This document shows, one piece after another, positions 1-14,120 of a stretch of DNA of 64,000 bases; within the stretch, counting starts at the first letter, position 1; the number at the start of each line of letters is the position of its first letter. Position numbers and translations under genes: made by a program. The stretch lies in assembly GCA_964016885.1 (NCBI GenBank), contig OZ024742.1, positions 228,160,001-228,224,000 on the forward strand, given 5' to 3'. The stretch is from Eledone cirrhosa. Its lineage: Eukaryota. The notes beneath the pieces were generated by a model. It ran no database searches, was not told the origin of the DNA, and was given only the letters and a program-made list of their open reading frames with translations.

Positions 1-56
1 TACATACATATATATATATATATATACATACATATATATATATATATATACATACA

Positions 57-106
<50 letters not shown>

Positions 107-113
107 TATATAT

Positions 114-150
<37 letters not shown>

Positions 151-169
151 AATATATATATATATATAT
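1..169. repeat. (TA)n/(TACA) microsatellite
   Basis: Direct reading of TA dinucleotide run. Confidence 0.95.
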
Positions 170-1764
170 CATACTTTACAACTTCTCCACTTAAGTTATC
201 TTAAGTTTGTATTTATTAAACATCTTAAAATATTCTAAACTGATATATTCAGACCAGTGTCATCTTTGTTGTTATAGTTACAACATTTCAGTCATTGCAC
301 CCGCCAACCTTCTTCAGTTGTCTGTTGCATTTGAAGAGTATGTATGTGAAGAAGACCAAAACAAACAAGTGAACTCACAAATAGGTAATATGAGGGTATC
401 CTTGGCAAAGAATGAGAATAATCTATCCCCTATGAGTTCAAAATTGCATATACAACAGGCAACTATAGAGATCTACTTATTAAATGACTACGATTCAAGG
501 CTCAATGTGTTATTTCAATCAACAATCATGTAGAGCTAAAATATCCAATAAACTGCTCAGTTTATAATAATGATAATTCCTCTGAAGAAGGTCAGAGGGC
601 ACAACAGCTGTAATGTGATTATAACAACTAAATTGAAGCCTCTAATCTGAATATATCAGTTTAGGATAATCCTCATATAAAAATTTAGCTAAAAACTTTA
701 AAATGTTCATTTACAAAAATAAAGAAAAAGTTATGTACTTATGTCATCAATTACATTAGCATTTATTAAAGAACATTAATTTGTATTCAATTTATGCAAG
801 TTTATGTTAATTTGTATATAATTTATGCAAGTTTATGTTAATTTCTTACATCAATTTGTCTTGTTTACTTTACTTTTGTACTGGACCAATTAATTAAATG
901 GTCAACTCATGAAGTTTTGTAATTACATATATATTTTTATGTTTGCTTGTTGTGTTATATTTTTCTATTTGATCATCATTATCATCAGCATTGTCATCAT
1001 CATCATCATCATCATTGTTGTTACCATCATCATCAACATCATTTTATTTCTGTTTTCCATGCTGGCATGGGTTGGACAAAAAGATTTGATAGGTTAGATA
1101 ACCATATCTTGCTCATACTTTCTGTTTTGGCATGGTTTCTATTTCTAGATGTTATTCCTAATGCCAACCGTTTTATAGTGTGTACTGGGTGCCTTTAATC
1201 TAGCACTAGCACTTTACAGTCGGATGGGTGCATTTTATTGTGACACTAGCAGTACTACTTTAGAGAGTGTACTGGGTGCCTTTTATTGTAGTACCAGCAC
1301 CACAACTTTACAGCAACATTAGGGTGTTGTCTTTGGACAAGTTGGAAAAAGGCAGTGATGAGAGTGGATTGCTGTCAGATGAGGGTGGATGGAAACTAGA
1401 TGCTGCTTACCAAGGGATGGAGTTGTCCCACGTGGGAGGTGGAGTTGGGTTGCGAAGGTAAACTTAAAGAGAGTGAGTGGAATTTAGCAGTATATTGTGG
1501 GGTATGCATGTGTCTTGATTCTCCAATTCTTCGTCATGGGTTGGATAAAGAAAGAGAGAATCAAGGACATTGATCATTATGATCTAACAAAAGATATGTA
1601 CTGTTTACTATTTCGTTTATATACATATCTATCTCTCTGTCTGTAATATTTTTTTTTTCCTCTGAGAGGAATCAGCTACACATTGGAGAAACTCCAGAGT
1701 AATTAACTGACAACTGACTTGGCTTTAATAGAATATATATAATGCATACACATATATATATATA

Positions 1765-3268
1765 TCATCATCACCGTTTTATGTCAATGTTTCCATGCTA
1801 GCATGGGTTGTCCTGTTGTGGGCAATGTGAGGTCAAGTGACCATGTCTTGCTCCTACAGGATTGATTTTGGCTCGGTTTCTACAGCTGGATGTCCTTCCT
1901 AACACCAACCTCATTTACAGTGAGTACTGGGTGCTTTTTTACCATGGCACCTACACGACCACTTTACAGTGTGGACAGGGTGCTTTTTGTTGTGACACCT
2001 ACACGACACTACAGTGGTAGGGGTGTGGCGGCATATTGTCTATATGCTTCAGCTTCAGCTTGTACCTGTGGGAACTTGGGTCTTCTGTATTACTGTGTAA
2101 CACCAGAGCTCTCAGTCCTGTGTCATTGCCTTTTAGAGGTGCAATTGGACATGGTCAGTTTTTATCACCTCATTCCAGGTCTTCTTATGTCTCCCCACTC
2201 CAAGGCTTCCATTGACTTTTAGTGCGCTGTGTCGTTTTATGCAACTGTCATCCTTCATACGTATCACATGTCCATACCAATGTAATCTTCTCTCAAGTAA
2301 ACAGCATCTGATCCCTCTTATTCCTAATTTCTCACTTAGTTTATTTATGTTTTGCCGTTCGTGTATATTACTATTACACATCCAACAGAGCATGCATGCT
2401 TCATTCCTTTCCAATCTACACAGTTCCTCTGCACACAATGCCCATGTTTCACTGCCATGTAACATTGCTGCTCATATACAACCATCATACAATCTGCCTT
2501 TCATTTTTAGAGGGAAACCTTTTTTGGCCAACAGCAGTATTAGCTCTCTGAACTTTTTCCATCCCGTTCTAACTCTGGCTACTGTACTTTCAGAGCACCC
2601 TCCACCACTGCTGATTTTGTCACCCAGGTAATGGAAAGTGTCCATTATTTCTATAGAACCATCTGGGCAGTAGAAGAAGCTAGTATCCTGTGGGCACTTG
2701 CTACTTATTGCACCTGAGCATCAGCCACATATAAAATCTATATTCTTAGATAGCTTGCCTGTGATCCCACTACATCTTTTATGTACCCATAGTTTGCATT
2801 TGGGGCATAGAATGGAATATCTACCTACTCCTATCCTACACACTGAGCATGGCCATTTCCCAGATGGCACCTGTGCCCTATTTTCCTTTCTACATACTAG
2901 AACTTTAGTCTTAGATAAGTTAACTTTAAGGCCTTTTCATTCTAAGCCATGCTTCCATGTTTGGAATTTCTTCTCTAGTTCAGCCATAGATTCAGCTATG
3001 AGATTTAAATCATCTGCATATAGAAGTTCCCATGGGCAGCCGGTCTTAAACTCCTCAGTTATAGCCTGAAGGGCAATAATAAAAAGGAGGGGTCTAAGGA
3101 CAGAACTTTGATGAACACCTACTTTTACGCTAAATTCTTCACTATATTCATTGTTAATTCTAACCTTGCTGACTGTTTCTTTATACATGGCTTGTATAGC
3201 TCTCACAAGCCATTCATCTACTCCTAGTTTTCTAAGAGCCCACCAGATAATGGAGCGGGGTACTCTTC
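1765..3268 (-). mobile_element. 5'-truncated RTE-clade LINE (RT C-terminus, 3' UTR, (ATG)n tail)
   Basis: Minus-strand ORF pieces GVHQSSVL..., WELLYADDL, MLHGSETW, RRLHWYGHV; 3' UTR shared with 9755-11470; catcatcacc tail at ~1765. Confidence 0.85.
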
Positions 3269-3299
3269 TATATTATATATATATACATATATAAGCACA

Positions 3300-3660
3300 G
3301 ATCCACTACAGCAACGTGCTACATGAGAATGCTGAGGATGGCTCTGAACATTAATCAGTATACACTGAGGATGAAAAACTCAGAGCTGTATGGGAGCCTC
3401 CCAAAAGTCAGCTCGAGAGTAGCACAGAGGAGACTGAGGTTAGCTGGACATGCTCACCGACATCCAGAGTTGACACTGTGCTCCTGTGGGAGCCCCTAAA
3501 TGGACACACTGGAAGAGGAAGACCAAGGTGAACATATGCTGGTGCCCTAAGGAGAGACACTTGTCTCTTGGAGACGCAGGACATGGCAGCGATAATGAGG
3601 GACAGAGACCGCTGGAGAGAACTCATCCATGGATCTCGGGGAATTTTACCCACCCTAGAT
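3300..3660 (+). mobile_element. Decayed RTE-like LINE 3' fragment (second family)
   Basis: Translates to ...RLRLAGHAHRH..., GRGRPR, MRDRDRWRE, typical RTE ORF C-terminus. Confidence 0.6.
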
Positions 3661-3774
3661 AGATATATATATAAACAAAACAAACACAGAGATGCAAAAA
3701 CAATGTCTTATTATTTTCGTGCTTGGGAAGAAGTAAATATACATACATACATACACACACACACACGTATGTAT

Positions 3775-4290
3775 GCATTGCATTGGTATGGTCATGTGAT
3801 GCACATGAAGGACAACAGCTATATAAAGAGGTGCAGGGCAATCAAAATTGATGGAAGTTATGGAGTAGGAAGACCTGGGACGAGGTGATAATGACACAGG
3901 ATTGAGATCGCTGGCATTATGCAGTAATACAGAAGACCTGCCTTCCCTTGCATATGGACCCAAACATACATCTAGTAGGCACCTCTTAACCTCCATGCCT
4001 CTACACCACCCTTACACTGTAAAGTTATGTTGGTATCACAAAAACACCCAGCCCACACTGTAAAGTGGTCATGTATGTGTCACAACAAAAAGCATCCAGC
4101 CCACACTGTAAAGTGGTCATGTAGGTATCACAATAAAAAGCACCCAGCCTACACTGTAAGGTTGTCGTGAAGGTGTCACGACTAAAAGCACCCAGCCAAC
4201 ACTGTAAAGTGGTTGTGTAGGAGTCATGACAAAAAGCACCCAGCACACTGTAAATGTTGTTGGCATTAGGAAGGCTCAGCCCCTGAAAGT
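3775..4290 (+). mobile_element. RTE LINE 3' end with ~42-bp tandem repeats in the 3' UTR
   Basis: LHWYGHVMHMKD..GVGRP, then ~5 copies of aaaaagcacccagcccacactgtaaagtggtcrtgtaggtgtcac. Confidence 0.75.
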
Positions 4291-4419
4291 GGGACCAGAG
4301 ACAGGATGCTTTCAGACAAGCGTTGACCTGATCAGCTCAGGTTGCTTGGGGAATTACAGGCAGAGTTTGTCTGAAATCATCAACAAGAACCATTGTCACT
4401 CCTCCCATTATGTATTTTC

Positions 4420-5090
4420 TCCAGTCCAAAGCTTAAATTGCTCATTTATGGCTCATGGTGGCTTCACCCCAAATTATCATCTTGCAGGTTTGCAGAAGCT
4501 TGCCCTTGGGTGAGTTCTTCTTGATGTTGCAAAAATATTGCTCATGTCGTGTGAGGTCTATGAACAGCTTAAACATGGAGTGTACAGTTCTTACTCCATC
4601 TAGAAGTGTTGCTGCAATGCCACTTGAAACCACAACAAGGGCAGTATGTTGCTTAAGGTTTATGAGGAATGTCTTACTTGTGCCAGCAGGAGCATCAATG
4701 AAGAAAAGTCCTCCCCTGTCATTTTGAATGTTTTCCATGATGTTGTGGTAGGTGTATTTCTGGTCATCCATCAAATGAGGTTCATTTTCATCCATGACCT
4801 TACACAAGGCTTGAATATCATAGTTTGTCTCCTGAAAAACTTCTTGTGCTATCTGCATTTCTTCATCTGGCTCTAGCATCTTGCAGTTAGCTAATGCGCT
4901 ATTCATTCCCTGAACTCAATGGGATAAGTTGCAGAGAGCTTGATTGTAAATCATTATATTGCATATACATATTGCCATGGAGTCTTCGGGCTAGGTGTAG
5001 AGAGCCATCCGATATATTGTTTTTGTACTCTTGCTTTGTCAATTAAACGTGAGCATAATAGCAAACAACTGTCTTATTTGATTACCCTTT
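4420..5090 (-). mobile_element. Helitron RepHel fragment (PIF1-like helicase)
   Basis: ORF 4442-4906: FFIDAPAGTSKTFL (Walker A-like), SSGIAATLLDG.RT.HS.FK, IIW(D)EATMSHK. Confidence 0.85.
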
Positions 5091-5243
5091 TTTCTATTTT
5101 GTCCGCAGGGTATGGCTGAGGCACCGCTGAGACTGGGGTCTAGTGACTATCCCTTCCCCTCTCCTTTTCTTTTGCTGCATGATCCTTCTTTCTTTTTCTT
5201 CCATTTAGTTGTGTAAGAAGAAAAGTAAGTTTACTGTAAAAGT

Positions 5244-6270
5244 CTAATCTTTCACCAGACAACAGAGTTCAACATATATAAATATTGGAAAGGAAAATAG
5301 AAAGAAAAAAACATATAAGCAGGTAATACACATATCTAGAATCACATACAAAAAAGGCAGGCGAAAGGGGTGGACAAACGTACCACTACCAGAGCAAAAG
5401 ATAACAATATCGTAAGGAGAACTGGGAAACCTCTCTAATAATTTTTGAGGCAAGCCAGCACACTCGCAGCATTACCTCAAGTGATGGCGAGGCTGATGCA
5501 CTGAAACAACCAAGCGCCCTCACGAGAAACACCAGCTACCTCAGTTAGGCGAGCCACTAGTGAAGATAAGAACTTTGCAGTCAGTAGTCCGACTCCCCCA
5601 AACGTCTCGAACGCCACAAGCTGGAAAATGTAGTTAGCCAACTGTATAAAGGATTTTTTTCTGTTCGACTGCGGATGCTGTAGCTCTCGCCCTAACCACT
5701 GCATCCAGGATGTGGGAAGAAGCAAAAGAGTCACTAACTGTGATGTCCCAGATGAGGCACCTGCTTCAGTTCTTTTTCCATCAATTCTGGATAACCCAGA
5801 CGGTTCCAAAATTGAGGGGATGTTTGTCCAGGCCAAAGCTCTCTTGATAATGAGGTTTAGCTCCGTGTGACGCTCGAAGCGACCGGCATTCAGGCGGCAA
5901 GATAGACCATAGAGGCCTGTGGAGTCGAGGATCTTGCCACACCGACATTTAAGACCCCTACAGACGTCGGCTCCCACTCTGAGGTCAATGGAGACACAAA
6001 GCTCGTCCAAGCTGAGTAGGCCACCGACGTCAGCCACAGGTAGGGCATCAACCCAGTCGCCTGAGTATTTGGTACTAGCAAACAGTAAGCGGCACCTTGA
6101 GAATTGATCTGATTGGTCGAAGAAAAAATCAAAGGTGGCCTTTGAATGTATGCTGTCCCAAACTCTCTGACTCCGTTTGTCCTCCACCTTGTCAGGAACA
6201 GACTAGCCCAACTCACACCATCGTAGAGGAGCTTCATCCAACTCCCTGTTGGAACTAGTCCATGTCTTTA
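5244..6270 (-). mobile_element. CRE-like non-LTR retrotransposon 3' fragment (restriction-like endonuclease)
   Basis: C-x-CG..D..G..GLSC, GRFERH..LN.II.RAL, LEPSGLSR.DGKR, VAFETFGG.G, WLFQCISLAI; 3' UTR matches 9410-9660. Confidence 0.85.
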
Positions 6271-6320
6271 TTAGATACTGCCCAATCATTTTTATATAAT
6301 GCTGTAGTGATAGACATCAT

Positions 6321-6829
6321 TGTAGTGACCTACATTCCGCGGGCTCACATACATTCTCTGTGCGTGATTTGGCTCAGCTCAGCCAATCAGTGCCAGTAGA
6401 AGAGAATGTAGCCCTACACGCCCTGAGGGAGAAATTCCCCGCAAGGATTTGAAGAATCAGCCTCACGCATCCTGAACTTTGAAGCAACAACATGTAACGG
6501 TGAGATTTTGCACTTTGGCCTGCCGGCCTGCCTCGGGCCTGGCACATTCCCTTTTGTAACCTTTTTTAGATTGAACTACAATCATATCATTTAACAAAAC
6601 AATACTTTGTGCCACAACAAATAAACATACTTTTCATCTCACGAACATTCTTCTGGTCGATGTTATAACAATTACATTATTTCCTCTAACAACTTTGTTA
6701 CTACACATTAAAACACCCTTATCATCCTGTTATAATTTCCTCCTGTTACAATGCCAATGGCCCTTCATTACATTGTGAGATTTTGTATATTGAATAAAGG
6801 CACTACAACGGAATTGGCTGTCAGAAGTG
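6321..6829 (+). mobile_element. Putative LTR plus degenerate tRNA-Leu-type PBS (Ty3/Gypsy remnant)
   Basis: TGTAGTG at 6321 and CACTACA at 6801-6807 (inverted termini); AATAAA near the end; tggctgtcagaagtg at 6815-6829 resembles TGGTGTCAGAAGTG. Confidence 0.45.
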
Positions 6830-7020
6830 AAAGTAGAAGAATGTGACGTCAACCTTCACAATCATCAACCTTCGTTTATTTCCGTATCACCACCACCACC
6901 ATGTGTAAATAAATAAACTTTGAAATCACCACGTTGATGCAAAACTTGGTTTTTCACTTTGGGATAATACACGTATTTGCAACTTGAAAAATATGAATTC
7001 TACATTATACCCCAGCGTAA

Positions 7021-7300
7021 ATGGAATTAATCATCGCGATATTTCCATCGCTACCGCTACAACGCATGATGGAAGTAGCGAAAAAAAATGTGTCAGATGG
7101 AATTATCTGGTCATGTGGAAGGCCATGTAGAAACATGGTGTCGATTAGAAAAGGCACATTTCTAGAAAATAGTAAATTGAAGTGTGAACAAATAATTGAC
7201 ATTGTATTTTTGGGCAAAGAAGATTTAGCCAAGGGGATTTCACAGGAATCTCGTATCGCGAATGTAGCTGTAGCAGATTGGTGAAAGTTTTGCCGTGATA
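7021..7300 (+). mobile_element. Merlin (IS1595-like) transposase N-terminal fragment
   Basis: W.C..PC...VSIRKGTFLENSKL....I.DI and VADW..FCRD motifs. Confidence 0.65.
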
Positions 7301-7394
7301 TTTAAGTTAACTCCACTTACATCGATATGCTTTATTGCTATTTCTTTGGGTAAGTTATGTTGGTGCCACAACATCCAGGCCGAAACAAATGAGA

Positions 7395-7643
7395 TCGTGT
7401 AGGTGTCACGACAAAAAACACAGTCCACGCTGTAATGTGGCCGTGTAGGCAACACGGTAAAAACTTCCCAGCCCCACACTGTAAATGTGGTTGGTGTTAG
7501 GAAGGGCATCCAGCTGTAGAAAACCCGCCAGACAGTCCTATGCGAGCAAGACAATCACTCTTGCCTCAAGTGGGAAAACCCCCGTCCAAACCCATGCAAG
7601 CGTGGAACACGGACGTTAAACTTGATGATGATGATGATGATGA
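7395..7643 (+). mobile_element. RTE LINE 3' end with (ATG)n tail
   Basis: ggaagggcatccagctgtagaaa...aacccatgcaagcgtggaacacggacgttaaa followed by (tga)n. Confidence 0.8.
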
Positions 7644-7739
7644 ATGTGTCTATTAATGAATATGTGTGCATGTGTGGGTTTGCACTTCTGTTGTCTGTAG
7701 CTGTTTATGTATTTACATGTAGATGTGTGTGTATGTAAC

Positions 7740-9665
7740 TAAAGTGTATCTTGCACGTTGTGGCACTCACCAACAGGTTCATTCAAGGTGCCCCGGATCC
7801 TTACGCCCAAGGCCTCTTTTTTTCAGCCAGCCTGACCTCTCCCAGGAAGAAAGAGGGTGGCATATGCCCCATCCCTGTGGACAATGTTTTCCAGGAGCTG
7901 GCTGCCAAGGTGGTTTGCATGTCTGTCACACCTGAACTGGGCGAGGAGCTCAGTCTAGTGCAACTAGGGGTTGGTGTGAGGGGGCTGCACATGCAGCCAC
8001 CAGGCAGTTCTTCAATAGCTGCCCATCGGAACCGACGTCGAGTCTCCAGGCACCTCATTGTCAAGCTTGACATAAGGAATGCTTTTAACTGCCTATGCCA
8101 TGACTACCTGCTCAAGGCATGTCTCAGCCGAGCCCACTCTGTCCATCCGCTGTCCTACCTGTCGTATGGAGCCCCAAGCATGCTCATTGCTGCTGACACA
8201 GTCATACCTTCAGCCACTGGGGTCCAACAGGGTAACCCTTTGGACCCCTCCTCTTTGCTCTTGGTATAGACCACATTGCTCGGAATATCAAAGCCCCTCT
8301 GAACGTTTGGTACCTGGATAATGCCACGTTGGGTGAGCCCATGAAGACTGTCTGCCATGACTTGAAATTGATGGTTCCTGCTCTGACGAGAATCGGCTTT
8401 GAGGTCAGCTTGTCCAAGTCAGAGGTGGTGAATGTCAACCAAGATGGAGAGGGCTTTGCAGCTTCCATCTTGGACGTGTGATCCATTCTCCTACAGGTAT
8501 AGGTGACCCCTAAAGAGAATGTCCTCATCCTCAGGTCACCGATCCTCCCGCCGGCCATCCACTCCACCATCAAGTCCAGGCTCCAGCAGCTCAAGACACT
8601 CAGGAACAGACTGGGCATGATTAATGCCCACCCAGCCCTCTTCCTGTTGAGGAACTGCTTCACCATGACAAAGCGCCTCTACACACTCCATAGTGTTCCT
8701 TGCTACAGCCATGAAAGTGGCCTTGATCTCTGGTCCCCGGCCTCACTGGCTTTGCCGGCGTTTCTTTCATTGGTAACCTCTTGCTGTGTGTTCATCAACA
8801 AGGTTTTCCAAAACACAATGTAACCCACTGTGATCGAGGAATGTGAAGCTGCCTGTGAGACTTGGAACCAGCTAGGACTCAGTCCAGTAGACATCCATTC
8901 TCCTTTTTTTCCCCTGTTGATGTCAAATCACCCCAGAGCATATGGGATGCCATCCAGTGCAACCTGGCCTTGGACAGACTAGCATGCCAACTCGACTAGC
9001 ACCACCTCGCACATTTTTGCTTGGCCTCGCAACCCCACAGTGGTGCCTGGCTCAATGCCTTACTCTCCTTTTCTATTGGCACGCAGCTGGTTAATGATAG
9101 CCTGCGCATTGGGGTTTCCCTAAGACTCGGCATCCATATCTGTGAGCCACATAAATGTTGCTGCAGATCCACCGTAGACTCTTTCAGCCTTCACCTGCTT
9201 TCCTGTCACTACAGTGCTGGCCACCTTCCTCGAATGCTGGCCACCTTCCTCTCAACAAAGTCATAAAGCATAACTTGAGGGCTGCAGGCTTCCCCTTCCA
9301 GCTTGAGCTGGTGGGGCTGGACCGGTGCTGCCCATGAGGAGGCTTGGTTGTTTCAATGCATCAGCCTCGCCATCACCCACGGTAACAGTGTGAACATGCT
9401 GGCTCACCTCAAAAATTATTAGAGAGGTTTCCCAGTGCTCCTCGTGATATTGTTATCTTTTGTTCTGGTAGCAGTTCGTTTGTCCACCCCTTTCACCTGC
9501 CTTTTGTTGTATGTGGTCCTAGATGTATGTATTACCTGCTTGTATGTTTTTTCTTCCTTTTTCTCTTTCTTTTTTCTTTCCCCATTATTTGTAATGTTAT
9601 TTACGAACTTGTTTGCCCATACACCTATATAAATTTGTACCATATTGACAATAGCACATTAGTAC
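7740..9665 (+). mobile_element. Decayed CRE-like non-LTR retrotransposon (RT + RLE)
   Basis: KKEGGICPIPV, QLGVGV, KLDIRNAFN, GVQQGNPL.P, WYLD, then SGAWLNAL..., CCRSTVDS..LHLLSC; multiple frameshifts. Confidence 0.85.
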
Positions 9666-9667
9666 AC

Positions 9668-9671
<4 letters not shown>

Positions 9672-9741
<70 letters not shown>
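9672..9741. repeat. (TA)n microsatellite
   Basis: Direct reading. Confidence 0.95.
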
Positions 9742-9743
<2 letters not shown>

Positions 9744-9754
9744 CTAGACAGCGT

Positions 9755-11470
9755 CATACCAAAGGATTGGTGCAGTAGCATCATTGTCAATTGCTACAAG
9801 GGCAAAGGAGATGCACTAGATAGAGGAAACTATAGAGGTATAAAGCTGATGGACCAGGTCATGAAAGTAACGGAAAGAGTTATAGCACAGCTATTTAGGG
9901 ACTGAGTAAATCTAGATGAGATGCAATTCGGGTTTGTGCCAGGCAAAAGCACTACTGATGCTCTCTTCCTTGTGAAGCAGTTACAGGAAAAGTACCTAGC
10001 TAAAAGTAAGCCACTCTACCTGGCATTTGTCGATCTAGAAAAAGCCTTCGACAGAGTGCCCCGTGCTATAATCTGGTGGGCTCTTAGAAAACTAGGAGTA
10101 GATGAATGGCTTGTAAAGGCTGTGCAAACCATGTATAGGGAAGCAGTCACCAAAATTAGAGTTAACAATGACTATAGCGAGGAATTCAGCATACAGGTTG
10201 GTGCCCACTCTCCTGTTTATTATAGTACTGCAGGGTATAACAGAGAAGTTTAAGACCGGATGCCCATGGGAACTTCTGTATGTGGATGATCTTACACTTA
10301 TAGCTGCATCTATGGTGGAACTAGAGAAGAAATTCCAAACATAGAAGCAGGGACTAGAAAGAAGGGGTCTCAGAGTCAACCTGACAAAGACTAAGCTCCT
10401 CGTAAGCAGATGGGAAAACAGAACCCAGATTCCCTCAGGGAAATGGCCTTGCTCAGTATACAGGAAAGGTGTAGGTAGAAATTCCATCCTCTGCCCCAAA
10501 TGCAAACTATGGGTGCACAAGAGATGTACTGGGATTTCAGGAAGTCTAGCTAAGAATGTAGGCTTTACATGTAGCAGTTGCACCGGGACAATAAGCAGCA
10601 AACAGCCACAGGAAACAAAAACTACCAAATTCTGGAAGGGCTCTGTAGAAACAGTAGACAGCTTCTGTGGCCATCTAAGTGACAGAATTAGGAGCGGAGG
10701 GGTTCTGAAAGTACAGTAACACTGGTAAGAATGGGATAGAAGAAGTTTAGGGAGCTACTACCACTGCTAGCTGCAAAAGGCTTTTCCCTCAAAACGAAAG
10801 GCAAATCGTATGATGTGTGCATACAAATAGCAATGTTACATGGTAGTGTGACCTGGGCGTTATCTGCAGAAGACTTGCATAGATTAGAACAAAACGAAGC
10901 ATGCATGCTCCGATGGATGTGTAATAGTAATATATGCGAACAGCAAAGCATACACAAATTAAGAGAGATACTAAGCATAAGAGGAATCAAATGTTGTGTG
11001 CAGGAGAGGAGATTGCATTGTGATGCGTATGAAGGATGACAGTTGCATAAAACAGTGCAGAGCACTAAAAGTCGATGGAAGCCTTGGAGTGGGGAGACCC
11101 AAGAAGACCTGCGATAAGGTGATAAAAACTGACCTTGCCCAATTGCACCTCTCAAAGGACCGAGACCCCTGGCATTACGCAGCCATACAGAAGACCCAAG
11201 TTCCCACAGGTACAAGCCGAAGCTGAAGCATATAGACAATATGCCCTCGCGCCTCTCCCAATGTAAAGTGGTTGTGTAGGTGCCACGGTAAAAAAGCACC
11301 CAGTACTCACTGTAAATGAGGTTGGTATTAGGAAGAGCATCCAGCTGTAAAAACCAAGCCAAAATCAGTCCTGTAGGAGCAAGACATGGTCACCTGACCT
11401 GGCATTGCCCACAACAGGAGAACCTGTCTAACCGATGCTAGGTTGGAAACATTGACATAAAACGGTCATT
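9755..11470 (+). mobile_element. 5'-truncated RTE-clade LINE (RT, Cys-rich insert, 3' UTR)
   Basis: YKGKGD...NYRGIKL, QFGFVPGKSTTDA, FVDLEKAFDRVPR, ELLYVDDL, MLHGSVTW; stops and frameshifts. Confidence 0.9.
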
Positions 11471-12141
11471 GTGATATAATGAATCAAAACATCAAATGTG
11501 TTAAAATTTTGTATTTCTCAATAAGTAAGCACAATAGACATTATCTCGAGCCATAATAAACCACATGAAAATGATATATGTATGTATAGAGACATACACA
11601 CACATTTATATATATATAAAAATAGAGAGAAAGAGAGAGAGAGAGACATAACCATTAACACACAAATACATATTTATACACAATGAATTACAGCCACATA
11701 AATATATATCTTGTTTATATAAAACATACATGCACATATATATATAAGTACATATATATAATTATACACTCATACATCAACATACCCATATATATAATGC
11801 ATATACAACCATTCACGTATAAATACCTACAAATGCATGTACACAAATATACACACATACATACATATATGGTGGCTGCCAACTCGTTTTCGAGTATGGC
11901 CACTACTTTATATCCATGCGCTAAACAAGTGCGACTTTTTAGTCCAGCCAGCGACTTGAAAATTCTGGTACAAACACTACACCTGTGACAATTATTGACA
12001 CATAGTGCTGGGCCCATGGCACCATGTGACGACAAGTGCAGAGAGATCTCCAGATATAAAGCAATGCCTGTGCCGTGAAGCCTTTATAGTGAGCAAAGGC
12101 ACTGCACATACATATATGTATATATACACACACACATATAT

Positions 12142-14120
12142 ATTAGGGTTATGACTTTTTCACTTTTTGTCAAATAATTGATTTCCTGTATTATATGAAC
12201 TGTTGTTCAAAAATAAGGAAGAAAAGTTTAATTTATTATTTTTTTTTTTAAATGTCACCCCTAACACAAAGTTTCTAAAATCGTATATAAATATAATAGT
12301 ACTATGACTTTCTGGAGCCTTCTAGGACTTTCTGGGACTTTTTGTAACCTTCTAGAACTTTATGGAACCTTCTAGAACTTTTTGGAACCTTCTAGAACTT
12401 TCTGAAAATTTATGACATGCATTTTGTAGGACTATATATGCGTGAGCGCTGGTTGGATTGTCATTTAGATAAGGCAAATGGGAAAAGTGTGTTGTGTTTG
12501 TGATCAAATATTTTTCTTTCTTTCAGAGTATACAGGCTTCTTGATTGAGAAAGCAAGCTGTTAATCTGCTGAAAGATTTCCAAGTATTCATTTTTTAAGC
12601 ATAATGTCTCATAAAATATGTGCTTCTACCACTGAAAGAAACAAACAGATCTGGATGAAGAATCTCATAAAATTTCAAGAATCACATAAGAAAAGAAGAA
12701 CTGTTCCACAAGAAGAACAATCACTGGAAAACAAAAGCAGGATACTACTTCAAATACAAATTGTTGGTCGCTATCTGTTCATTGGAGCATCCATCAAAGG
12801 AAGGAAAGACCGTATAAAAGAAATCGCTAAAGTAACAAGTTTATGGTAAAAGAAATTAAATTTCCCAAATTTATCAACTCAAGTCATACAAGCAAAACTG
12901 AATCAAGTGTTAAACACCTAGGATGAATGTGTGAAATGAGGAAAATATGATTCATTGAATGAAATTTTTGACATCACAAAAGAAAATGGTGAATGGCTGT
13001 GTAGTGAGGACAGACGGTTATATCATCTTCAGATTGAAAGCAAAGGACACGGATATAGAATTGGAAAGACTACGAGTTCCAAAAGTATTCATCCATCCAA
13101 AAGAAGAAAAGTGACCTTGGAGCGAACTACAACAACAGTAACAACAACTTCAACTTCCGAATCAGAGAGTGAATATGAAGAGTCCAAAAATTCTGGAGAA
13201 CAATCTACAAGAAAAAGAAAGAAGTATAATAAAACCAAATTAATATCATCTTCAAACTTATCAACCAGCAAAGCAGTAAATGTTTGTCAGCAGTTACCTC
13301 AAGAAGGATTGACGTTGAGACACCTTACCAATCCGGTATATACAGATCTACTATTAAAGAAGCTGTTAAACTTAAAGAAGAAATGAAGAAAATACTCCAC
13401 TTAGAAAATTGGTCATTACATTTTGATGGTAAACAAATTGATGGCATTAGGTCTACCAAATGGAAAAGCGGATACTGTTGTCAAAGGAGTAACAGCTGTT
13501 TTGGATGAATACAATTTAAGGAAGAGCATAAAAATAATTGTTGCAGACACTATGAATGTGAACACTGAGTAGGATGGGATTGTCATTCAGTTACAAAGAC
13601 TATTTGGTCAAAAGAAACTGGAAGAACCACAATTCATTGGCCATCAACATCATGTTGACAATCGATGACAAACTTCGAGGAAAGAAAACATTGCCCAATA
13701 TCGAATACCTGTTTATCCATGAACTTGTAAATAACTACGAACAGCTCAAGAAGAATTTTAAGAATTGTAAAGAAGAGATTGCTGAAACAGCAGGATAGTG
13801 TGATATGAAATTTCTATTTCATTTAACTCGAGTTTTCCGCTTTTTAGAAAATACTGGAAGATTTCCTAAAGTGAAGTTTAAAAAAATACCTAACTTGAGA
13901 AATGCAAGATGGAATTGTAGAACAATACTAGCTCTTTTGGCTGTTATTCTTCTACCAGAGAAAAGAGACTCGCTAGATTTATCTCTTACAGATGAGCGCA
14001 CCATTGGTTTACTCACCGAATCTTCAATGCAGATGATTATCAGAAGCTATGTAGTAGCTTAAAGGCTCACAAAAACGCATTAAACTCTGTGAATAAGTTT
14101 TGGAATCCAGAACCACGCCT
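12142..14120 (+). mobile_element. Decayed hAT-superfamily (hATm-like) DNA transposon
   Basis: Starts TTAGGG; subterminal ccttctagaactttttggaa repeats (12310-12410); transposase pieces SLHFDGK, ADTMNVNT, IGHQHH, NARWN. Confidence 0.6.

Noticed and set aside
578-640. CTGAAGA hammerhead-like start
   Set aside because: GAAA and stem III are not recoverable; at best a decayed remnant
947-1198. His-rich ORF
   Set aside because: (CAT)n tail of an RTE 3' end
4030-4260. CRISPR-like regularly spaced repeats (also 46245-46770)
   Set aside because: Plain tandem repeats without unique spacers, eukaryotic context, no cas genes
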